Origin: Octopus sinensis
Lineage: Eukaryota
NCBI RefSeq assembly: GCF_006345805.1
Contig: NW_021834226.1
Coordinates: 1-64,000, forward strand
Reading direction: 5' to 3'
Length of the DNA stretch: 64,000 nt
The notes below the pieces were generated by a model that saw only the letters and a list, made by a program, of their open reading frames with translations, had not been told where the DNA came from and did not search any database. Of the stretch, positions 52,536 through 64,000 are shown one piece after another. The position numbers were made by a program, and so were the translations under genes. Position 1 is the first letter of the stretch; every line of letters starts with the position of its first letter.

Positions 52536-52961
52536 CGATAATATTGTAATATAAATAAAATACCAAATGTCTTGGTGTGTGACTTTTGACCCATCCTGTA
52601 CTTCATATATCGATCCAGTACTTCAAAGGTACTTGATATTATTCTGTGAATGGGGAAACTTACGTTCAACCTTGGCTGTACTAAATTTGAGTTAAAAACT
52701 TAACAATCTTAAAATCACTTCTACAAGGCAGCTAATCCAATGATTTAACGATTCTGCAGGCAATCTACTGAATTTTTGAAATCAATATTTATGAGTAAAT
52801 ATTACTTCAGTTTTGTCTCTGTTTCAACTTGGTATCTTTGTGTTCTTTTTATAATTGTAGGTCATTAATTCGATATTTTGTGAATAATCGTCTTCCAAGG
52901 AATTTAATGTAGACCGAAAGATCTGGAGATATTCATCTTTGTAGATTAAAAAAATATTATA

Positions 52962-53176
52962 TACTCTTTTACTTGTTTCAGTCATTTGACTGCGGCCACG
53001 CTGGAGCACCGCCTTTAGTCGAGAAAATCGACCCCAAGACTTATTCTTTGTAAGCCTAGTACTTATTCTATTGGTTTTTTTTTGCCGAACCGCTAAGTTA
53101 CGGGGACGTAAACACACCAGCATCGGTTGTCAAGCGTTGGTGGCGGGACAAACACACATATACAAACATACACATA

Positions 53177-53232
<56 letters not shown>

Positions 53233-53406
53233 CATATATACGACGGGCTTCTTTCAGTTTCCGTCTACCAAATCCAATCACAAGGCTTTGGTCGGCCCGA
53301 GGCTATAGTAGAAGACGCTTGCCCAAGGTGCCATGCAGTGGGGCTGAACCCGGAACCATGTGGTTGGTAAGCCAGCTACTTACCACACAGCCACTCCTGC
53401 GCCTAT
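52962..53406 (-). mobile_element. SINE family B
   Basis: Full consensus match. Confidence 0.92.
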
Positions 53407-53590
53407 GAATAATTTTATAGATTAAATCTGGAAATATACTTCTGTCAGAGAATGTAATGTCGATTAGATTATCTGTATTGATGTGTAGCGTCATCTATTC
53501 CTAATTAAGTAAACCTTTAATAAAAGCCATTCCAATCACAATCACCTCATCCGCCAGGGAACGTATTTCAGATGAAATGATTAGTGTGTA

Positions 53591-53801
53591 TGAGGGTGCT
53601 GAAAAGTTCCTGGTTTTAAGGGTATCATGTAAGGCCTGCTTAGAGGAGGTCTAACCTTCCGAGTTCTTTTAGAAAACCTGAAGGTATAGAAAAGCAGCAA
53701 TAAGTGTGTGAATCCGAGAGGGGAGTATGTTGAATCCAAATCATAATTGATCCTCTTGTATTTTCTTTTACCCAAAGCCAGAAACTTTTTAGCACCCCTC
53801 G
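53591..53801 (+). mobile_element. Mariner-derived MITE, third copy
   Basis: TGAGGGTGCTGAAAAGTTCCTGG ... CCAGAAACTTTTTAGCACCCCTCG; interior homologous to the 22.1-kb copy. Confidence 0.85.
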
Positions 53802-54208
53802 TGTGTGTATCTGTCAGGTGTTGCAGATTAAACTATCTGTAGCTATACATCTGCCATGTAGTGTGGTATAGTTTAAGCGTTCTGTAAATATACATGTCAG
53901 AGAATGTATTATAAATTAAATGATTTACAAATATTTATCTTTCAGAGCATGCATCGTTTAATATTTGATAGCAGAAAATATCTGAAGACCACGAGGAAGA
54001 GCGAACAGCCTTTAACTGCCTATGTAAACCAATCCTTGACCGACAGGGGCAAATATGTAAGTTCTGGTCACAATAGTATCGTGAGGATGACTTTTTTCTT
54101 TGACGTTTCTCATCCACCTCAGTGTCTCTGGCCTTCTCAAAATTGCTTGCAATGGTATGGATGTAATTCTGCCACATCTACCTCTGTGTTCAAATCCCTC
54201 CCTCTTTT

Positions 54209-54355
54209 TGTCAAGCAAATCGACCATAGGACTTACTCTTTGTAAGCCTAGTACTTATTCTATCGGGCCCCTTTTGCCGAACCGCTAGATTACGGGGATG
54301 TAAACACACCAACATCGGTTGTCAAGCAAACTATTTACCACACAACCACTTCTGA
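54209..54355 (-). mobile_element. SINE B deletion derivative
   Basis: Tail fused to head end at GTCAAGCAAACTATTTACCACAC. Confidence 0.8.
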
Positions 54356-54490
54356 AATTACACACACACACGCACATACATGCTACATACATACATACAT
54401 ACATACATACATACATACATACATACATACATGCCTGGGGGAGATGGTGTTTCAGCTGGTGCTTGAAACGCTCCCAGGTGTTTAGTCTCC

Positions 54491-54529
<39 letters not shown>

Positions 54530-55416
54530 CCCTTCTCTCTCTCTTGCCTTGGCTGACCTCGCTGTAGAATTCGGCCTTTGGCAATCTGGATTTGTTCGTA
54601 CGTAAACGTTTACCCATCTAAACTGTCTACACACCAACATGATTTCAATTCTCGAAATGTTGTCCTGTCGGAAGACTTTGTTATTGGTGATGTGTTCCCT
54701 GACAAATGTATATTTACAGTTTTAAACTATAATACAGATAAATATTTAGAGATCATATTATAAACGATGCATGCTCTGAAAGATAAATATTTATAAATCA
54801 TTTCATTTATAATACATTCTCTGTCGTGTATATTTACAGAATGCTTAATCTATACCATGCTACCTGGCAGATGTGTAGCTACAGATAACTTAATCAAATA
54901 TTAATCTCTCAGGGAATAAAGATCAAATTATCTGTACCAATAGATTTGTCAAGGAAATATGGATTAATTTATCTGTAGGTATGCATTTGTCAAAGAATGT
55001 ACCATATATCTAGCGATTTGTAAATATACATCTGTCAGGAACATGATGTAGGTGAATTTATCTGTAGGTAAGAATTTTTTAGGAATCGCATCGTTGATTA
55101 TATGATCTCTAGATATTTATTTCTATTATGGATTAAATCTGTAAATATACATTTTCCAGGTAATGTAAATCAAGTGTGTTGTAAATATTTATCTGATGAA
55201 ATGATAATCTGTTACGAGATGCATTGTATATTAAAAGCTCTATAGATATTAATCTGTCATGGGATGCATCATTCATTAAATAATCTATAAAGTTAATCTA
55301 TCAAGGGATGTGTTATAGCTTAAATGTTCTGGAAACATTATTCTGTAAGGAAATGAAGTTTAGACGAACAGAGTTGTAAATGTTACGCCGTCAGGGGAAG
55401 CACTGTAGCTGAAACG

Positions 55417-55797
55417 TGGAGGCGCAATGACCCAGTGGTTAGGGCAGCGGACTCGCGGTCGTAGGATCGCGGTTTCGATTCACACACCGGGCGTTGTGAG
55501 TGTTTATTGAGCGAAAACACCTAAAGCTCCACGAGGCTCCGGCAGGGATGGTGGTGATCCCTGCTGTACTCTTTCACCACAGCTTTCTCTCACTCTTACT
55601 TCCTGTTTCTGTTGTGCCTGTATTTCAAAGGGCCGGCCTTGTCACTCTCTGTGTCACGCTGAATATCCCCGAGAACTACGTTAAGGGTACACGTGTCTGT
55701 GGAGTGCTCAGCCACTTGCACGTTAATTTCACGAGCAGGCCGTTCCGTTGATCGGATGAACCGGAACCCTCGTCGTCGTAACCGACGGAGTGCTTCC
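55417..55797 (+). mobile_element. SINE family C, full length (tRNA-like head)
   Basis: GTGGAGGCGCAATGACCCAGTGGTTAGGGCAGCGGACTCGCGG (A box) ... GGTTTCGATTC (B box) ... CGTAACCGACGGAGTGCTTCC. Confidence 0.9.
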
Positions 55798-56095
55798 ATA
55801 TGTAGCTGAAACGATTAAATTGTTTCTTAAAAAGCTTGGTAGCAGGACATGGCTATATTGTTCAGAAATTCGCTTCGAAAGTAAAGGTTTATGGGTTCGC
55901 TACTATAACTACTCGGCGTCTTGAGAAAGCGTCATAGAATCCGGTCTGAGTCCAATGCCTTGTGAGTGAAATTTGATGGCATGGAAACATACAGAGTAAC
56001 TCATTATAGGGATCGATCATATTCTCGGATGGGAGATTGAATTTCTCGTTCTGTTTAATATTGCAGTGTGTTTGCCTCTTTAGCAGAGTAATATT

Positions 56096-56431
56096 TGTCG
56101 CAAGCATTCGAGGGGTCAGATGTCCTCTGTGTGTGTATGTATGTGTGTGCTTAACAATCTACACATTTCAAGGAGAAATTTTATTGTTAGAGGTATCTAT
56201 TTAATTTTGGTTTATCATTTATTTCTTGCTTTCACCAGCACATATTCAAAAATTCCAAAATAAAAAAAAATTACTAGTATAACAATTGTGAAAGCAAGAA
56301 ACAAATGATAAACCAAAATTAAATAGATACCTCTAACAATAAAATTTCTCCTTGAAATGTGTAGATTGTTAAGCACACACATACACCCACACATACACGG
56401 AGGACATCTGACCCCTCGAATGCTTGCGACA
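56096..56431. repeat. Near-perfect palindrome/foldback (~140-bp arms, ~52-bp spacer)
   Basis: 56096-56235 is the reverse complement of 56288-56431. Confidence 0.93.
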
Positions 56432-56437
56432 TTCTAT

Positions 56438-56822
56438 GTGGAGGCGTAATGGCCCAGTGGTTAGGGCAGCGGACTCGCGGTCATAGGATCGCGGTTTCGA
56501 TTCCCAGACCGGGCGTTGTGAGTGTTTATTGAGCGAAAACACCTAAAGCTCCACGAGGCTCCGGCAGAGGATGGTGGTGATTCCTGCTGTACTCTTTCAC
56601 CCCAACTTTCTCTCACTCTTACTTCTTGTTTCTGTTGTACCTGTATTTCAAGGGGCCGGCCTTGCCACTCTCTGTATCACGCTGAATATCCCCGAGAACT
56701 ACGTTAAGGGTGCACGTGTCTGTGGAGTGTTCAGCCACTTACACGTTAATTTCACGAGCAGGCTGTTCCGTTGATTCGGATCAACCGGAACCCTCATCGT
56801 CGTAACCGACGGAGTGCTTCCC
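56438..56822 (+). mobile_element. SINE family C, full length
   Basis: Near-identical to 55417-55797. Confidence 0.9.
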
Positions 56823-57920
56823 CCAACTAGTAATTTATAATTTTCTTGCATTTTTAAGTATAAGGCGCTTCTTTGAGCATGAAGACACCTTAAACCATGT
56901 TTATCAAAATGTAATCTGGTAAGATGGGCTTCTTTTAGTTTCCGTCTACCAAATCCACTCCCAAGGGTTTGTCAGCTTGAAGCTATAGTTGAAGACACTT
57001 GCCTAAACTGTCATGTAGGAAAAAAAAAGAAGAAATACATTAGATTCTAGAATCCAAAGAAGTTGATCGCAGTCATTGCGATTGATAATCATCCTCTACA
57101 CCAAAAAAAACAACAAAAAAAACAACAAGAGAAAAGAAAACCAGTAAATAGAGAATCCCCACCCCCCAAAACTAATAAAAAACTTTTAGAATGATAATAC
57201 ATAAAAAAATATATATGTATTTCACAGACGTACCAAATGAGTACTTACATTGTGTGTATCATACTAGCAAACCCTTAGATCTTTCGCTTGAAGTAAAATC
57301 ACAGATAAGAAGAGCAACAAAAAACAACTCTAAAACGGAATATAAATAAATGACATCTAACAGAGTTGAATTGGACAGAGAAAGAGAAAATTGTTATAGC
57401 CTTCAGCCTTTAAGATCACTATGTAATTACAAGTATTTAAAAGTTACCCTGCAGGAGTTCCTGGTATTAAGTCAGTTAGTGCATAGAATTATATTCAAAG
57501 AAGAATAGTAACATACTAGCATCCATCTAGAACATTCTATAGGAATCGATTAATAGTTTAAGGAAACGAAAGTCTCTTTCTCAGACATATAGACCTCGTT
57601 TGTAGTGGCTAACTGCACCAATAGAATTCAAGGCAAGGAAACAATTTCGTGTCAATAAGCAGTTAAGAAACGAAGAATAAAAGCACCTTAACTCATACAT
57701 ACATATGAATACATATAAAGCATGTACACACAGGCACGCACACACACACACACACATACATACACACAAGTACACAAATGTACACACATGTATGTACTCA
57801 TAAATACTCTTACACATATATGTTATTAAATAAAGAAAATTTAATTAACCCAACCCTCACAGGAACAAACAAACAACTATATATATCCTGACAAACAATT
57901 TCTGAAACTTCTAACGCCTC

Positions 57921-58370
<450 letters not shown>

Positions 58371-58374
58371 ACTC

Positions 58375-58572
58375 CGTTACTTGTTTCAGTCATTTGGCTG
58401 CGGTCATGCTGGAGCACCGCCTTTAGTCAAGCAAATCGACCCTAGGACTTACTCTTTGTAAGTCTAGTACTTATTCTATCGGCCCCTTTGGCCGAACCGC
58501 TAGATTACGGGGATGTAAACACACCAACGTCGGTTGTCAAGCAAGCTATTTACCACACAGCCACTTCTGAAA
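58375..58572 (-). mobile_element. SINE B deletion derivative (same breakpoint as 54209-54355)
   Basis: GTCAAGCAAGCTATTTACCACAC junction and identical TCTGAAATTACACAC flank. Confidence 0.82.
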
Positions 58573-58734
58573 TTACACACACATACACACACGCACATAC
58601 ATACATACATACATACATACATACATACATACATACATACATACATACATACATACACATACAGTCACGCATATAAATCTATGTTTATATATATAATATA
58701 TATATATATTATATATATATATACATATACATAT

Positions 58735-59115
58735 ACCTTTTACTTGTTTCAATCACTTGACTGCGGCTATACTGGAGCTTCGTCTTTAGTCGAAGAATTC
58801 GACCCCAGAACATATTCTTTGTAACCCTCGAACATATCTATCGGTCTTTTTCGGCGAACCGCTAGGTTACGGGGACGTAAGCACACCAACATCGGTTGTC
58901 AAGCGATAATGAAGGACAAACACAGACACAAATACATACATACATGCATATTATATATATATACGACGGGCTTCTTTCAGTTTCCGTCTTCCAAATCCAC
59001 TCACAAGGCTTTGGTCGGTCCGAGGCTATAGTAGAAGACACTTGCCCCAAATGCCACGCTGCGAGATCGAACCATGTGTTTCGGAAGCAAGCTACTTACC
59101 ATACAGCTGCGTCTG

Positions 59116-59118
<3 letters not shown>
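58735..59118 (-). mobile_element. SINE family B, diverged
   Basis: Consensus match. Confidence 0.85.
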
Positions 59119-59172
<54 letters not shown>

Positions 59173-59483
59173 TCACACAAAATCACACGAATATGTACAT
59201 ATATATACGTATATTTATGTGTGTGTGTGATGATATTTGCTTTATATATCTTATATACTCTATACACACGTATAAACACATACATTCGTACACATATATA
59301 TTATATATTTACTAACGCTAGAACAAACTTTTAACACATTTTAGAGACACAACCACCATGAAATAACCCAAAATTCCCGCTTGACATGCAAAATGATAGC
59401 TTGAAGCGATTTCCTTCAGGAAGTTTTAATTATGTATCCAACTAACACAGTATATTTATACTGCATATATACTATAATGTGTA

Positions 59484-59521
<38 letters not shown>

Positions 59522-59557
59522 ACACACACACACACATACACATATATACACGCGCAC

Positions 59558-59599
<42 letters not shown>

Positions 59600-60783
59600 T
59601 ATTAATAATATAGATGGAATGTTTTCAACTTTTGTATAATTTCTCCATTATATGAATGTATGTGTATGTATGTATCTATCTATAATGTACACACACAATA
59701 CACACACACACACAAGCGCACAATACCAGAATGCTGAAGAAAAAAGTGCATCTGACCTCATACTACAAAAGTTGCAGAGATATTGGAGGAAATGAAAATC
59801 ACGACTAACCACTTCCTGATCGGAGATTGCCTCAGCTTGTATTAATGATGTCTATAGGAGGCAATACGTACTTCCATGCACAATTATCACCCAAGCTCGC
59901 TTAAAACAATGAGGTAAATCAGCATGGTGCATTAGCAAGCTACATACAGTAGTAGAATTTGCCTCAATTCACTATCCCACGTTCTTAAATAAGAGAAGAG
60001 TTTTGTTAGTTAATGTAGGTCTCCATATTGTTGAAGAGACCGGATTGTCAGAGCTGGTATGTTTTTGGTCATTAGCTTGCTGGTTTATGATTTACTTGGG
60101 TTTCAATATGAAATACTCTGAAAAAAAGACAGTTTCATCTGGAAGGCACTGTCTGTTTTTACAACTTAGCATCTAGCACACTGTAGGTGTATCATGATAA
60201 CGTATGAATTTTCTCCCCTGTAGTAACAGGGCAGTGGCAGGGGAAACAATTCTACAGAAAAAGATGTGTTAATATTAAATTGCCGAGGCTTCTGAAAGTG
60301 AATAATCTATTTACCGATGAAAGGTATGAACAACAAAATTTTCTAATAGGAATCCGATTGGCGTTAACCTTCGCAAAAAGTTTGCAGACTCCATTTTCCT
60401 CTTACATTGTAGAAATTTTTCCAACAAAGATAATAAAGCTTGTATTTCTAAATGCATTCCTTCTAACAATATCCGCCCCTTCTTAACGTTAACTGTCTTT
60501 CGAAAGTACTATTATCTTCTATCAAGGTCCAACGAAAAACACATTAATGTTCTCGGTAATTATACTGGTTTGCCTGTGTATTGTTTTAAAAGTTTTCTAT
60601 CAACATAGTCATACACTGGTGTCACTGCTCAATGTCAGTCTTCGGAGATATAGCTCCATCTACTTTCGAGCGATAAAACGTTCTACAACCCACAAGATAT
60701 ACAAGCGCCTACATAATACATACATACATACATACATACATACGTGTCTATATATATACATACATACATGCATGTATATATAT

Positions 60784-60843
<60 letters not shown>

Positions 60844-60944
60844 ATATAATATATAAAATAATAAATATTAGGGAATAAATCCAAATTTACAGGGAAAAAT
60901 CAGATTTAGGATTGAATCCAATTTTATAGTAAAATATTATTATT

Positions 60945-61120
60945 TATTAAATAGAGACAAAACCACTATTATGCAAATCAAACAAAGAAAGACTTAAGCC
61001 AATACATAAAATAATTTATATAATTAAATTTAATTAATTTAATTATATAAATTATTTTATGTATTGGCTTAAGTCTGTCTTTGTTTGATTTGCATATAGT
61101 GGTTTTGTCTCTAATTTAAT
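60945..61120. repeat. Palindrome with ~80-bp arms and a 5-bp spacer
   Basis: 60953-61030 is the reverse complement of 61036-61112, with few mismatches. Confidence 0.9.
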
Positions 61121-61145
61121 ATAATATATATATATATATATATAT

Positions 61146-61189
<44 letters not shown>

Positions 61190-61201
61190 CATACACACAT
61201 A

Positions 61202-62442
61202 CATGATGTTCATTTAAAAGTAGACTCAATTGTATTTATCAATAGTTATAAAGAATGTGCAATATTATGGACAAACCTACTTTTATTAAAATTCTCATTT
61301 AAAAGTTACGTCAAACTGGTTACAAAATTGTTGAAATTGTTGGCCGCCACGTTGTAGAATAAGTCAACACGACGACGTTTGTTCTGGAACACATTAATCA
61401 ATACTTCATGTGGTATATTTTGGACAATACCAGTAATATCCATACACAGATCATCAAGTGTATGCGGATTCTTTGCCAACACAACGTCCTTGATATAGCC
61501 GAATAAAAGGAAATCGAGAGGCGTTAAGTCTGGCGATTTGGGTGGCCAGAGGCCTTTCGTGATCATCCTGTGTACAAAAGTTTGTCGTAAGTGAAACAAA
61601 GCGTGGTTGCTAACATGACATGTTGCTGAGTCCTATTGAAGCCATGCGTCACTTTTTTCATACTCAGTTAGCTGCTGAACAAACTGATCAATTATCTCAC
61701 AATGACGTTCCGAATTCAAGGTTTTTTGGAAAAAAATATCGGTCCTACTATTCTTCGCCTGCTGATAGTCATCCATACACCAATCTTCACTGCGTGTGAG
61801 GGTGATACGACAAACTTGCGAGGATTGAGAGCACTCCAGATGCGAGTGCTTTGCGAATTTAGGCATCCCGGTAGGTGAATCCAAGCCTCGTCACTGAAGA
61901 AAATCATGTCAAGTTGGTTGTCATCCATGTTTTCTTGAAACCATCTGCAGTAATCCAATCTTTTGGTAAGATCAGCAGGAATAAGTTCATGTAAAGCAGA
62001 CACGCAATATGGGTACAATTTCAGTGATTTGCAAAGAGCAGTATGACAGCTGCTAACAGATAATCCAGTTTCATGAGACAAACATCTCACAGATTTCCTT
62101 GGACTGCGAAGAATTCGTTGACAGATATCTTCCATAGCATCATTAGAAAGGCGGGTACGTCGGCGAACTTTTTAATCAGACCATTAATCGCCTGCTTGGC
62201 GGAGTTACATTTGGATATTCGCTCTTAAAATCGGTAACGCAATTGTCAAAGGAGTAAATCCATCGCCCATTGATAAAACATTCTGATCTAAAATAAAATT
62301 CCACAATAAATGAACGTTACTGCACTGATAACACCATTACGACTCCAGAAGAAATCTCGAACGAATGCGTTACACTTTGGCATAGCGAGTCACTCAGAGA
62401 GAGCTATCATTTTGACAGTTAACTTTTAAATTGAACACCCTG
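61202..62442 (-). mobile_element. Near-full-length Tc1/mariner (DDxD, WPPxSPDL type) element with an inactivated transposase
   Basis: TIRs CATGATGTTCATTTAAAAGT / ACTTTTAAATTGAACACCCTG; transposase motifs SPRKSVR, FFSDEAW, LQ*DSATCH, LWPPKSPDLTPLDF (ORF-track pieces 61716..62135 and 61306..61599). Confidence 0.92.
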
Positions 62443-62489
62443 ATATACATACATACAGGCATAAATAAATACATACATACATACATACA

Positions 62490-62535
<46 letters not shown>

Positions 62536-62664
62536 CACACATATATATATATACATATATATATATATACATATATATATACATATATATATATATATAC
62601 ATATATATATACATTATATATTATATATATATATATATCTATACATATATATATACATATATGC

Positions 62665-63005
62665 CACTGCATGGTATCTTGGGCAAGTGTCTTCTACTAA
62701 AGCCTCGGATCGGCCAAAGCCTTGTGGGTGGATTTGTTTGACGGAAACTGAAAGAAGCCCGTCGTATATATGTATATATATATGTATGTCTGTGTGTATT
62801 TGTGTGTCTGTGATTGCCTCCCAGTATCGCTTGACACCGATGCTGGTGTGTTTACGTCCTCGTCACATAGCGGTTCGGCAAAAGAGACCGATAGAATAAG
62901 TACTAAGCTTAGAAAAAATAAGTCCTGGGATCGAGTTGCCCGACTAAAGGCGGTACTCCAGCATGGCCGCAGTCAAATGATTGAAACAAGTACAAGAGTA
63001 AAAGA
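62665..63005 (+). mobile_element. SINE family B, 5'-truncated
   Basis: Consensus match. Confidence 0.88.
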
Positions 63006-63681
63006 GAGTATGGATAAATCACATTTATTTTTTTAACAAGTGATGCAAATACTTTTTCCATATATTTAAGAATACGAAATAAATACAAAATTATGTCACA
63101 CATTACAAATATTTTCGCATAATTTTTTTTCTGAAAGTGTAGTGGGTGTTCTATTCAAAAAATATTTTGTAGCTGCAGAAAAATCATATTAAACTGACCA
63201 GGGTTTTGTTTCGCTGTCATTCAGTTTAAGAAACTTCTCGGTATGCTATTTTATCTAAAGACCATGGCAGTGGTCTTTCAGTGCCAATGCGTGGCACGTT
63301 GGGCAAATGAAGCGTCGGTGCGTCGCTTAGATTTGGTAGACGGGAACTGAAAGAAGCCTATCGTCACCTTCGAAACGCAGAGTAGATGAAACTACGGCGA
63401 CTGAAGAAGGGGAATTTCCCTTGTGTTATTTGTCCTGCTGTACTCTATTTTTTTGTTGTTTAAGAAAAATGTCCAGTTCCTTGGTTTTGTGTTTATGTTT
63501 TCGTTTCACATTGTGTTCGACGTTTTTTCGGTGCCCTGTACCCATATATGCGTGTATATATACATGTAGAGGTAGGTACATACATATATGTATGTATATA
63601 TGCATATGTTTTATTTATTAATTTATTATATATGTATATATATATGTGTATATATATATGTATATATATACATACACATAT

Positions 63682-63725
<44 letters not shown>

Positions 63726-63739
63726 GTATTCTTTATTCT

Positions 63740-64000
63740 TTTATTCTTTTATTTGTTTCAGTCATTTGACTGCAGCCATGCTGGAGCACCGCCTTTAATC
63801 GAGCAAATCGACCCCAAGATTTATTCTTTGTAAGCCCAATACTTATTCTATCGGTCTATCTTGCCGAACCGCTAAGTGATAGGGACGTAAACACACCAGC
63901 ATCGGTTGTCAAGCGATGTTGGGGGGACAAACACAGACACACAAACATATGCATATACATATACGCGTGTGTGCCTTTGTGTCTGTGTTTGTCTCCCACC
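63740..64000 (-). mobile_element. SINE family B, cut by the window edge
   Basis: Consensus match of the tail and internal microsatellite. Confidence 0.88.

Larger units (their letters stand above)
53410..55380. repeat. Decayed ~40-bp minisatellite (ATCTGT...) with an inverted segment
   Basis: Recurrent ATCTGTAAATATACATCTGTCAG-like motifs; 53826-53968 is the reverse complement of ~54752-54895. Confidence 0.7.

Noticed and set aside
55417-55490. tRNA-like sequences at SINE A/B/C heads
   Set aside because: No complete cloverleaf or acceptor stem; each continues into a multi-copy SINE body.
59720-60530. Non-repetitive block with several 40-60-codon frames
   Set aside because: No recognisable motif or convincing splice pair.
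60630-60675. GCTCGAAAGTA...CCGAAGA as a permuted hammerhead
   Set aside because: Stem III is missing and stem II cannot close.
63360-63420. CTTCGAAACG and CTGAAGAAGG motifs (also 45265-45285)
   Set aside because: Only half-motifs in the wrong order; no complete fold.

Overview
Very AT-rich, repeat-saturated animal DNA with no confidently identifiable host protein-coding gene. The SINE complement and dense TA/CA/AAT microsatellites suggest an octopus (coleoid cephalopod) genome; this is inferred from recognised repeat types, not searched. Contents: one intact initiator tRNA-Met gene; dozens of copies of at least four tRNA-derived SINE families (here called A-D); a disrupted hAT transposon; a near-full Tc1/mariner element, a Tc1 5' fragment and three mariner MITEs; three Helitron/Helentron-type elements; 3' fragments of four LINE types (CR1/L2-group, RTE, Jockey/L2-like, HERO-like); a probable Penelope-like (PLE) remnant; several long palindromes; and decayed minisatellites. 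The most notable signal is a set of minimal type I hammerhead-ribozyme folds read directly from the sequence. They occur as a tandem ~181-bp dimer (retrozyme/PLE-pLTR-like), as an inverted pair, and as dispersed copies with non-canonical cores (CUGU[A/G]GA, CCGA[A/C]GA). Almost all ORFs in the supplied track are microsatellite or SINE artefacts.
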